Source of the DNA: Alphaproteobacteria bacterium
GTDB taxonomy: Bacteria; Pseudomonadota; Alphaproteobacteria; CALKHQ01
Assembly (NCBI GenBank): GCA_965227515.1
Contig: CBDDFZ010000001.1
Span: 3,232,001-3,296,000, forward strand
DNA length: 64,000 bases
Reading direction: 5' to 3'
Shown here: positions 48,464 to 56,501 of the stretch, in pieces
Layout of the letters: every line of letters starts with the position of its first letter
Numbering within the stretch: the first letter of the stretch is position 1
The notes under the pieces: model-generated
Databases searched by the model: none
What the model was told of the DNA's origin: nothing
Seen by the model: only the letters and a program-made list of their open reading frames with translations
Translations under genes and position numbers: made by a program

Positions 48464-48820
48464 ATGTCTGCAACCATCGATGTCCAACAGAACGACGCCG
48501 CCGGCCTGCGCGCCGGACCGACCGACTTCATCGCCCGCCTGGTGACCAAGCGATACAAGGTGACCTCCAACGTGCATGCCAAGAGCGGGACTGTCATCTA
48601 CAAGATGCGCCCCGGACATTCGCTGCAAGCTACTTATGAGATGCGTGCCCCCGACGGCAAGACCTACACGGGCGTCGTCACCGCCACCTCGGCCAGCACC
48701 GGCACCTATGTGGACTCGACCGGCAACCTGACCGGCTCGCTGGAGATGGTCGACGTGCTGGGCGACACGGTGAACTGGCGCAGCGACGACGACAAGGAAT
48801 TCGGCAAGCTCCTGCGCTAA
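48464..48820 (+). CDS. Hypothetical small beta-rich protein, paralog A
   Basis: RBS ggag before ATG 48464. Colinear with the 50322-50678 protein (LRAGP..FIARLV.KRY.V.SNVHAK.GTVIY, QATYEMR.PDG, TGS.EMVD..G.TV.WRS). Confidence 0.85.
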   Translation: MSATIDVQQNDAAGLRAGPTDFIARLVTKRYKVTSNVHAKSGTVIYKMRPGHSLQATYEMRAPDGKTYTGVVTATSASTGTYVDSTGNLTGSLEMVDVLGDTVNWRSDDDKEFGKLLR

Positions 48821-48920
48821 CCGCCGCCCCGCAATCATTGTTCGAATTCAAACCCAGCAACCGGGCGGCGCGAAGCTGACTCGATCAGGGCCGCCCGGTT
48901 ATTTTTCGGAGGACTTTCTC

Positions 48921-49991
48921 ATGGGTATGACCCCCCAAGAAGCCCGTGGACTTGTTGATATGTACGTCGATGCCAATCTCGGCGTGTTTGGCCGGGTGTT
49001 TCCGAAGGACGCGTTCGCGATCCTTAACAACGGCGATACCGTGTCGTCTGCGGTTTCCGCATTGCTGACGGCGGTGACATTTCCCACTCTCAATATTGTG
49101 TTCTCGGCGGCCGGCAAGCTGCGCGAACGTTCGCGCAAGAGCCTGAAGGACGACATCCGCCTCCAGGAGATGGAAATGCGGGTGGAGATCGCGCCCTTGG
49201 ACAAGGACGGCAAGCTGATCGTCCAGGGCGAGGACGAGGTGGCGCCGGTGCGCGTGCTTGGCATCGACCCGTTCAAGACCAAGGCGATCCGCGTGGTGGA
49301 GACCGAGGACGGCAAGTTCATCACCCCGTCCGCCGATGGCAACAAGCTGCAGTTCGAGCCTGATATCGCCAATGTTGCCTCGACATTGCTGAAGGCAGCC
49401 GGCGGTGCGCTGCCGATACCGGGCGCCGGTGCGGTGGCGGGCGGCGCTGCGGCGTTGCTCGGCGCGGCCGGTCCCAAGCTCGGCCTCAGCTTCGATCTGT
49501 TCGGTGGTGCGGACAAGCCCAAGGTGCGCCTGCCGGTCGTAGAGAAGTCGACCATTGCCTCGCGGACCGAGTTTGCCTGGTACATGCGCTCGCTGGACGC
49601 CAAGACCGTCGGCGAGGGCCAGACCGAGGTTCTGTTGGCCGACGGCACGCAGTTCGGCTCGGCGTTCCTTCAGTTGCGCCGCGACGTGGCCAAGCTGCGC
49701 GTCAACATGCTTCTGGCGACCGACTGGAAGAACTCGATCCCGAACCTGTTCGAGGAAGAGTCCGTCACCCTGCAGGTCTTCCACCCGCCGGTGCCGAAGA
49801 CCCCGCAACTCACCGACTTTTCGTCGACCAGCGACATACGCCTGATGGTGCCGACCCGCGAGGTGCAGGAGTTCCTCGGCGTCGACGAGGAAGAGGTTGC
49901 GGCAATGATCACCGCCGGCGAGCTTGTCGCTTTCGGTAAGGAACAGGCAGCCGTCACCCGCTCCTCCTTGCTCAAGCTGATCGGCGAATAG
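48921..49991 (+). CDS. Hypothetical protein with internal Gly/Ala hydrophobic hairpin and C-terminal excisionase/MerR-like HTH
   Basis: RBS ggagg. C-terminus LMVPTREVQEFLGVDEEEVAAMITAGELVAF...VTRSSL resembles HTH_17. The rest is unrecognised. Confidence 0.75.
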   Translation: MGMTPQEARGLVDMYVDANLGVFGRVFPKDAFAILNNGDTVSSAVSALLTAVTFPTLNIVFSAAGKLRERSRKSLKDDIRLQEMEMRVEIAPLDKDGKLIVQGEDEVAPVRVLGIDPFKTKAIRVVETEDGKFITPSADGNKLQFEPDIANVASTLLKAAGGALPIPGAGAVAGGAAALLGAAGPKLGLSFDLFGGADKPKVRLPVVEKSTIASRTEFAWYMRSLDAKTVGEGQTEVLLADGTQFGSAFLQLRRDVAKLRVNMLLATDWKNSIPNLFEEESVTLQVFHPPVPKTPQLTDFSSTSDIRLMVPTREVQEFLGVDEEEVAAMITAGELVAFGKEQAAVTRSSLLKLIGE

Positions 49992-50150
49992 AGCCCGTCC
50001 CGCTATCGCAGGGCCGCGTCCCACGTGCTGGGGCGCGGCCGCTTCCCCCCGGTTCCCGCGCATCGTCGCGAACAGCCAGCCGTACCCGGGCCTTCCGGGT
50101 TCTTCCCGTCACGAGCGGAAAAGGCTTTTCGAAAAAATGCCGGGTCATCG

Positions 50151-50176
50151 GGAATAAGTCCGGCGGGAAGGTTGTT
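50151..50176 (+). promoter_or_regulatory. ECF-type promoter for small gene 2
   Basis: GGAATAA-gtccggcgggaagg-TTGTT. Flanks tcatcg and atgtg.acg are shared with the 48236 copy. Confidence 0.7.
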
Positions 50177-50321
50177 CTCCCGATGTGGACGCCGAAAACG
50201 ACAAATCAGCGCCTTGGTGGCAATGCCAAGCGCCAACACCAAAACAACAGCGCCATCCATCGGGAGGGTTTCGAAGGCTCAGCAACGACACGGCCAATTG
50301 GCCACGGGGAAGGAGTTCACG

Positions 50322-50678
50322 ATGTCTGAGACCATCGAAGCCCATCACAACGCTGCCGACACCTTGCGGGCCGGTCCCGCCTACTTCATCGCCCGCCTCG
50401 TCAACAAGCGGTATGCGGTGATCTCCAACGTCCATGCGAAGCAAGGCACCGTCATCTACAACGCGCAGCCCGGCCGGCCGCAACAGGCCACCTATGAGAT
50501 GCGCACGCCCGACGGCGAGACCTTCGCCGGCTCCGTGACCGCGGTGACGACGAACACCGCCATCTTTGCCGACACCAGGGGCGAGCAGACTGGCTCGATG
50601 GAAATGGTCGACAGCGGCGGGAGCACGGTGAGTTGGCGCAGCACCAATGGCAAGCAGTTTGGCCAGCTTGTGCGCTGA
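50322..50678 (+). CDS. Hypothetical small beta-rich protein, paralog B
   Basis: RBS aaggag before ATG 50322. Same length as paralog A and aligns to it without gaps. Confidence 0.85.
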   Translation: MSETIEAHHNAADTLRAGPAYFIARLVNKRYAVISNVHAKQGTVIYNAQPGRPQQATYEMRTPDGETFAGSVTAVTTNTAIFADTRGEQTGSMEMVDSGGSTVSWRSTNGKQFGQLVR

Positions 50679-50754
50679 ACGCTGCGCCCCGGACATCTCA
50701 CCCCGTCAAACACATTGAACACGCTCCAGGTATCAGGGGCGCGGCCGACTTCTG

Positions 50755-51408
50755 TCAGGATACGTGATCGGTGAATACCAGCTCGATGTACTCCACATCG
50801 CCGGGGTCTATGGTGTTGGGCCCACCGGTCTGTTCCATATAGAGCATCAGGTAGACGCGATCGGCGCCGTCGATCAGGTTCTCGTCCCGGCCGAGGTCGC
50901 GGATGTCGGCCACGAACCGCCCCATCGACGCTGCGTCGGAGGCATTGAACCGCTCCTCGACCAGATAGTTGTGGGTCACCGGCATGCCGGCTTCCAGGCC
51001 TTGCAGCGTATACAGGATGTCGTGGCCGCCGGCGGGCTCCGCGTAGCCGCCGCCCGCGAACGCATCCGCATTGGTGTACGCCGCATCCTGTCGCAGCATG
51101 TCGAGCAGGGCCAGGTCGTCGGTGGCAACGATCCGCAGCGCCGGAAAGTCGCCGCCGGCGTGCTTCCATATCTCGCGCGGCAGCCGGATGGTGAATGGCG
51201 CGCGTTCCAGCATGACGACAGCATAGCCGTCCGCCTTCGTGGTCAGCGCCTGGATCAGGCCGTCCTGCCAGATCTCGAGGCCGAGGGTCCGCGTGCTGGC
51301 GCCCACTTGGCCTTGCGCCAAGGCCGACCCGGCGGACGCCATCGCTGCCGCGGTGGCAGCCGCCGCCACGCCGATCCGCGCGAATTCCCGCCTGCCTAGA
51401 ATGCCCAT
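50755..51408 (-). CDS. Hypothetical exported protein (Tat-like signal), paralog of 51495-52142
   Basis: GRREFARIG..AAATAAA...ALA signal. Shared motifs E.WQ.G, R.PFTIRL...W, GYAEP.GGHDIL.T, NY..E.RFNAS. Confidence 0.8.
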   Translation of the reverse strand: MGILGRREFARIGVAAAATAAAMASAGSALAQGQVGASTRTLGLEIWQDGLIQALTTKADGYAVVMLERAPFTIRLPREIWKHAGGDFPALRIVATDDLALLDMLRQDAAYTNADAFAGGGYAEPAGGHDILYTLQGLEAGMPVTHNYLVEERFNASDAASMGRFVADIRDLGRDENLIDGADRVYLMLYMEQTGGPNTIDPGDVEYIELVFTDHVS

Positions 51409-51494
51409 CCCATACCCCGCAAGATCATTGGCCGTGCGGCCAGATCCCACAGACATGGGGCAATTCTGTGGCTCAGCGGCCTTTGGGCTAATGC

Positions 51495-52142
51495 CTATTG
51501 AAATGTGACGGTGACGTAGTCGAGGTCGCCGGACGGCAGAGCGCCGGTGTCGTACGACTGCGGCTGCGATGGCATGTAGAAGACGATATGCAGGGCATCT
51601 GTCGTCGCCATCAGGTCTACATTGCGTTCCGGATCGATCACGCTGGCCACCTGGCGGCCGAGATGGGTGTCGGTACTGGCATTGAACCGATCCTCAGCCA
51701 CGTAGTTGGTGCCGCGAAATTCGCCATCCGATGGATCGCCGACGGTAAACAGGATGTCGTGGCCGCCGTCCGGCTCCGCGTAACCGCTCGCTGCGTAGAA
51801 CGGCGATTCGGCGATCGGCGTGCCGGGGGGCAGCAGGTCGAACAATCGCGGGTGTTCGGAAACCGCCACCATCAGGGCGGGTTGGTGGTCCTGGGTGACA
51901 AACCACGCCGCCCAGGTCTTGTGGGTCAGCCTGATCGTGAAGGGCTCTCGGTCGAGCGACACGGTCGCGCGCAAATCCGTATCGACCGTCAAGGGCACGC
52001 GCGTGCCGTGCTGCCAGAATTCTGTGCGCAATTGCGGCGTAGAAGACGCCAACTGCTGGTCGGCCTCGGCACTGGATGCACCAGCCAGAACGACCGCGAT
52101 CGCCGCCAGGGTCTGCGCAATCAGCGTGCGAAGCATGTTCAC
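51495..52142 (-). CDS. Hypothetical exported protein (Sec signal), paralog of 50755-51408
   Basis: Signal peptide ending SAEA, same motifs as the neighbouring gene, RBS gagggg. Confidence 0.8.
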   Translation of the reverse strand: MNMLRTLIAQTLAAIAVVLAGASSAEADQQLASSTPQLRTEFWQHGTRVPLTVDTDLRATVSLDREPFTIRLTHKTWAAWFVTQDHQPALMVAVSEHPRLFDLLPPGTPIAESPFYAASGYAEPDGGHDILFTVGDPSDGEFRGTNYVAEDRFNASTDTHLGRQVASVIDPERNVDLMATTDALHIVFYMPSQPQSYDTGALPSGDLDYVTVTFQ

Positions 52143-52195
52143 GTCCCCTCACACCATCATTAGACCGACCTCGTGGGCGGACGATCTGCCCGGCC

Positions 52196-53434
52196 CTATC
52201 GGTCCATCAGCGACAGCACCGTCTGCAGCAGTACGTTGGCGCCGGCGGCGCAGTCCTCGCGGCTGGCCGCCTCGACCTCGTTGTGGCTGATGCCGTCGAC
52301 GCACGGCACGAACACCATGCCGGTCGGCACCACGGCATTGAGCTGGCAGGCATCGTGGCCGGCGCCGCTGATGATCTCGCGCCGGCTGTAGCCGCACGCA
52401 TCGGCCGCGGCCGCCACCGCCGCCACGCAGTCGGCATCGAACACCACCGGCGGCTTGTCCCAGATCTGGGTGATGTCGATCTCGACCCCACGTTCGTCGG
52501 CGATCTTGGCGGCCGCCGACCGGAATGCTTGGTCCATGGCCGACAGCGCTTCTGAGTCCGGGTGGCGCAGGTCGACGGAGATGTCGACCCGGCCCGGAAC
52601 CGTGTTACGCGATCCCGGCTGGATGTCGGCGAAACCGATGGTGGCGACGCCATCCGGGCCGTTGTCCTTGGCCGCCCCCTCGATGGCCAGCGACAGCGCG
52701 CTCATTGCCATCAGCGCGTCGCGGCGCAGCGGCATCGGCGTGGTGCCGGCATGGCGGTCCTCGCCGGTGATGACGACGTCGTACCACATCTGTCCCTGCG
52801 CGCCGGTGACGACGCCGATGGTGATGTCCTCGGCCTCCAGGATCGGTCCCTGCTCGATGTGCAGCTCGACGAAGGCGCTCAGCTTCATCGCGCCCACCGG
52901 GTCGGCCCCGCGATAGCCGATCTCCTCCAGGGCCCCGGCCATGGTGGTGCCGTCGCGGTCGGTGCGGCTGTCGGCGTATTCCTGGTCGAACAGCTCGGCA
53001 TAGACGCCCGACGCGATCATCGCCGGGGCGAAACGCGAGCCCTCCTCGTTGGTCCAGTCGACCAGGCAGACCGGATAACGGGTTTCGATGCCGGCGTCGT
53101 TCAGGGTGCGGATGACCTCCAGCCCGGCGAGCACGCCCAGGATGCCGTCGAACTTGCCGCCGGTCGGCTGGGTGTCCAGGTGCGAGCCGAAGCCGATCGG
53201 CGCCAGCGAGGGGTCGGTGCCGGGCCGGATCGCGAAGATGTTGCCGAGCGCGTCGACGCGGACCTCGCAGCCGGCGTCCTTCGCCGCCGCGACCAGCCAG
53301 TCGCGCACCTGGCGGTCGAGATCGGTCAGCGCCAGCCGGCAGATGCCGCCCTTCGGCGTCTTGCCGATCTCGGCGGTATCCATCAGCGTGTCCCACAACC
53401 GCGCGGGATCGATCCGTAAGTTCGATTGGTGCAT
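52196..53434 (-). CDS. Zn-dependent hydrolase, N-carbamoyl-amino-acid amidohydrolase/beta-ureidopropionase (M20 family)
   Basis: GSHLDTQPTGGKFDG..GV, WTNEEGSRF, ELHIEQGP.LE, HAGTTPM..R.DA, SGAGHDA, GISHNE.E. Confidence 0.94.
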   Translation of the reverse strand: MHQSNLRIDPARLWDTLMDTAEIGKTPKGGICRLALTDLDRQVRDWLVAAAKDAGCEVRVDALGNIFAIRPGTDPSLAPIGFGSHLDTQPTGGKFDGILGVLAGLEVIRTLNDAGIETRYPVCLVDWTNEEGSRFAPAMIASGVYAELFDQEYADSRTDRDGTTMAGALEEIGYRGADPVGAMKLSAFVELHIEQGPILEAEDITIGVVTGAQGQMWYDVVITGEDRHAGTTPMPLRRDALMAMSALSLAIEGAAKDNGPDGVATIGFADIQPGSRNTVPGRVDISVDLRHPDSEALSAMDQAFRSAAAKIADERGVEIDITQIWDKPPVVFDADCVAAVAAAADACGYSRREIISGAGHDACQLNAVVPTGMVFVPCVDGISHNEVEAASREDCAAGANVLLQTVLSLMDR

Positions 53435-53512
53435 CAGCCCCTCCAGCAGTTGCCCCTCTTGGCAAGTGCTGGGGGATGAGACAGGTTCAGCGTGGGCCGG
53501 TCAAGGCAGTAG

Positions 53513-54778
53513 CTAACCTGTTACGGCGTGGCGAATGGCCTGTTGCAGGTCGCGGATCAGGTCGTCGGGCGTTTCCAGCCCCACAGACAGCCGGATCAGG
53601 CCATCGGTGACGCCGATTTCCGCCCGGCCCTCCGGCCCCATTGCCCGATGGGTGGTGGTGGTCGGGTGGGTGATCAGGCTCTTGGTATCGCCCAGGTTGT
53701 TGGAGATCGAAATCAGGCTCAGCGCGTTGAGCAGGCGGAACGCCGCCGGCTGCCCGCCCTCGATCTCGAAGCTCAGCACGGTGCCGGCGCCGCTCATTTG
53801 CTTGCTCGCCAGCTTGTGCTGCGGGTGGCTTTCCAGGCCCGGATAGAGCACGCGGCGGATGCCCTCTATGCCTTCCAGCGCCTGGGCGATGGTCAGCGCG
53901 GATGCGGCCTGGCGCTCGACCCTGAGCGTGAGCGTCTCCATGCCTTTCAGCAGCACCCAGGCATTGAACGGGCTCAGCGCCGGCCCGGTATGCCGCATGA
54001 ACGGCTGCAACTGGTCGTCGATGAACGACTTGGTCCCAAGGATCGCGCCGCCGAGGCAGCGGCCCTGCCCGTCGATGTGCTTGGTGGCGGAATAGACCAC
54101 CACGTCGGCGCCCAGATTGAACGAGCGCTGCAGGATGGGCGTGGCGAACACGTTGTCGACGATCAGGTTGGCGCCCTTGGCATGGGCGATGTCGGCAACC
54201 GCGGCGATGTCGATCAACTCCAGCGTCGGGTTGGCCGGGGATTCCAGGAACAGGCAGCGCGTGCGGTCGGTCACCGCCGCGCGCCACTGGTCTAGGTCCG
54301 GGCCGTCGACCAGCGTCGTGCGCACGTCGTAGCGCGGCAATATCTGCGTCAGGATGTGGTGGCAGGAGCCGAAAAGCGCCTTGGAAGCAACGACTTCGTC
54401 GCCAGCCTTCAATTGGCACATCAGCGACATGAAGACCGCCGCCATGCCCGACGAGGTGGCGAAACACGCCTCCGCGCCGTCCAGCAGCGCAAGCCGGTCC
54501 TCGAACATTTTGACCGTCGGGTTGCCGTAGCGCGAGTAGATGTAGCCGTCGGCCTCGCCCTTGAACCGGGCTTCCGCCTGCTCCGCCGTCTCGTAGACGA
54601 AGCCGGAATTGAGGAACAGGGCCTCGCTGGTCTCGCCGAAGCCTGAGCGCTGGGTGCCGCCGCGCACCAGCAGTGTTTCCATGCCCAGCGGATGCGGTGT
54701 CAGGTCGGCCATCTCGTTCATCTCGTTATCGGCCGCGCTACCGTCCAGGCCGTCGTCCAGTTCGATGGCTGCACTCAT
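53513..54778 (-). CDS. metZ: O-succinylhomoserine sulfhydrylase
   Basis: RS.FGETSEALFL.SG, YSRYGNPTV, SSGMAA, ESPANP, VDNVFATP, PLP Lys in YSATKHIDGQGR, SNNLGDTKSLITHP. Confidence 0.95.
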   Translation of the reverse strand: MSAAIELDDGLDGSAADNEMNEMADLTPHPLGMETLLVRGGTQRSGFGETSEALFLNSGFVYETAEQAEARFKGEADGYIYSRYGNPTVKMFEDRLALLDGAEACFATSSGMAAVFMSLMCQLKAGDEVVASKALFGSCHHILTQILPRYDVRTTLVDGPDLDQWRAAVTDRTRCLFLESPANPTLELIDIAAVADIAHAKGANLIVDNVFATPILQRSFNLGADVVVYSATKHIDGQGRCLGGAILGTKSFIDDQLQPFMRHTGPALSPFNAWVLLKGMETLTLRVERQAASALTIAQALEGIEGIRRVLYPGLESHPQHKLASKQMSGAGTVLSFEIEGGQPAAFRLLNALSLISISNNLGDTKSLITHPTTTTHRAMGPEGRAEIGVTDGLIRLSVGLETPDDLIRDLQQAIRHAVTG

Positions 54779-54789
54779 GGCATGCTCCT

Positions 54790-55227
54790 TCATTGCTGGA
54801 TCCACGGCAAGCCGGCGGCCTGCCAGCCGGATGCGCTGCCGCGATGGCGCTGCTGGTCGAGCGGGCCTTCGAACCCGTCGGCGACGTTGTAGGCGTGGGC
54901 GAAGCCGCCATGGGCGAGCGCGATGGCCGCCGCCCGCGACCGGGCGCCCGAGCGGCACAGCAGCAGGATGGTCTGGTCCGGCGACAACCCCTTGTCCTGC
55001 AATGCCTTGGCGAAGTCGGGGTGGGTCTCCATGCGCGGGTAGGACTGCCAGCATTCGAACACCGGCGACTTGCCGATGTCGCTGAGATCGGGCACGCCGA
55101 CGAACTGCCATTCCGGCACCGTGCGCACGTCCACCAGCACGGCGTTGGGGTCGGCCTTCAGGCGCTCGAACGCCTCCACGGACGACAGGTCGCCGGCATA
55201 GTCGCCCGCGCGATCATCCATCGACAT
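54790..55227 (-). CDS. Rhodanese-like sulfurtransferase
   Basis: LVDVRT..EW..VG.P, LLCRSGARS, YNV..GFEG, GW...GLPW.Q. Confidence 0.93.
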   Translation of the reverse strand: MSMDDRAGDYAGDLSSVEAFERLKADPNAVLVDVRTVPEWQFVGVPDLSDIGKSPVFECWQSYPRMETHPDFAKALQDKGLSPDQTILLLCRSGARSRAAAIALAHGGFAHAYNVADGFEGPLDQQRHRGSASGWQAAGLPWIQQ

Positions 55228-55989
55228 CTACTGCATCCCCCAATTGTGGATGCCGCACTCGGTCTTGTCGGCCCCACGCCAGCGACCCGCGCGGGCATCC
55301 TCCCCAGGCGCCACGCGGTCGGTGCAGGTGTAGCAGCCGATGGACACGAACCCGTCGGCCACCAACGGGTGGCGCGGCAGGTCGTGGGCATCCATGTAGC
55401 GGTCCACCGCGGCGCGGGTCCAACCGGCCAGTGGATTGACCTTCACCCGCAGGCCATCGCTCTCGAACGCCGGCAGCAGCGCCCGCGACGCGGTCTGATA
55501 GCCCTTGCGTCCGGAAATCCAGGCATCGAAACCGTTCAAGCCTGCGCGCAGCGGCTGCACCTTGCGGATGTTGCAGCACCGGTCCGGGTCGTCGCGGAAC
55601 AGGAAGCCGTTGCCATCCGCTTCCGCCACCTGCACGGCGTCGGGCTGGACCGTCCGCACGTCGGTGAGGCCCAGTTGGTCGATCAGCCGGTCGCGGTAGG
55701 CGAGCGTCTCGCCGAACATCTTGCCGCTGTCGACGAAAACCACCGGCAGCGACGGGTCGATGCGCGAGACCATGTGCAGCAGCACGGCGGAATCGGCACC
55801 GAAGGAGGAGACCAGCGCGATCCGGCCGGGGAACTCGTCGCGGATCGCGGTCCGCAGCACGTCCTCGGCGTCCTGCTTGCCGTGCAGCAATTCCAGCTCG
55901 AAGGCCTCGTTGGCCAAATTGGCGCGGCGCTCGATATCCGGGAACGGCCACTCGACGGCTGGCGTTGCAGGGGCGATTTCTGTGTGCAT
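55228..55989 (-). CDS. cysH: (Phospho)adenylyl-sulfate reductase; the Cys pairs suggest the Fe-S APS-reductase type
   Basis: VSSFGADSAVLL, CC.IRKVQPL, WISGRK, KVNPL..W, SIGC..CT, R.GRW...KTECGIH. Confidence 0.94.
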   Translation of the reverse strand: MHTEIAPATPAVEWPFPDIERRANLANEAFELELLHGKQDAEDVLRTAIRDEFPGRIALVSSFGADSAVLLHMVSRIDPSLPVVFVDSGKMFGETLAYRDRLIDQLGLTDVRTVQPDAVQVAEADGNGFLFRDDPDRCCNIRKVQPLRAGLNGFDAWISGRKGYQTASRALLPAFESDGLRVKVNPLAGWTRAAVDRYMDAHDLPRHPLVADGFVSIGCYTCTDRVAPGEDARAGRWRGADKTECGIHNWGMQ

Positions 55990-55994
55990 CCGCC

Positions 55995-56501
55995 CTACTC
56001 CGCCGCGCGCCCGCGATGGCGCAACTGCCAGACCGGCGCGCGCGTGTCGGCCGCGGGCTGGTACCAGACGGTGAATTCGCGCAGCGCCGCGACATAGTCG
56101 TCGGGCGAGAACTCCGCCGGCACCGCGAACGCATCGAAACCGCAGCGGTGCATGAACAGCAACTGGTCGCGCAGCACGTTGCCGACCGCGCGCAGCTCGC
56201 CGCGATAGTCCATCCGGTCGCGCAGGATGCGGGCGTGGGAATAGGAGCGCCCGTCCTTGAACTGCGGGAATTCCAGCGCCACCGCGTTGAACTGGTCGAT
56301 GTCCTCGGCGAACGGCTCCGGCGACTGGTCGGACCGCAGCCACAGGCCGACCGGCCCCATGCGGTCCAGCAGGCGGTCGCGCGCCTCCGCCCAAACTTCG
56401 GCGGTCACGAAGATCGGGCCGTCGGTATCGTCGATGTCCGCAACATCGCCCACGAAGGTGAATTCGTCGACGTCGCGGCGTCCGTCCTTAATCAGTTGCA
56501 T
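55995..56501 (-). CDS. DUF934 domain protein
   Basis: ALEFP.F.DGR.YS.AR.LR....Y.GELRAVG.VL.DQL.FM.RCGFDAF, YQ. Confidence 0.93.
   Translation of the reverse strand: MQLIKDGRRDVDEFTFVGDVADIDDTDGPIFVTAEVWAEARDRLLDRMGPVGLWLRSDQSPEPFAEDIDQFNAVALEFPQFKDGRSYSHARILRDRMDYRGELRAVGNVLRDQLLFMHRCGFDAFAVPAEFSPDDYVAALREFTVWYQPAADTRAPVWQLRHRGRAAE

Noticed and set aside
48243-48869. 11-mer aaccgggcggc present both in the promoter spacer and in the intergenic stem
   Set aside because: Short GC-rich match not shared by the other two promoters; probably chance.
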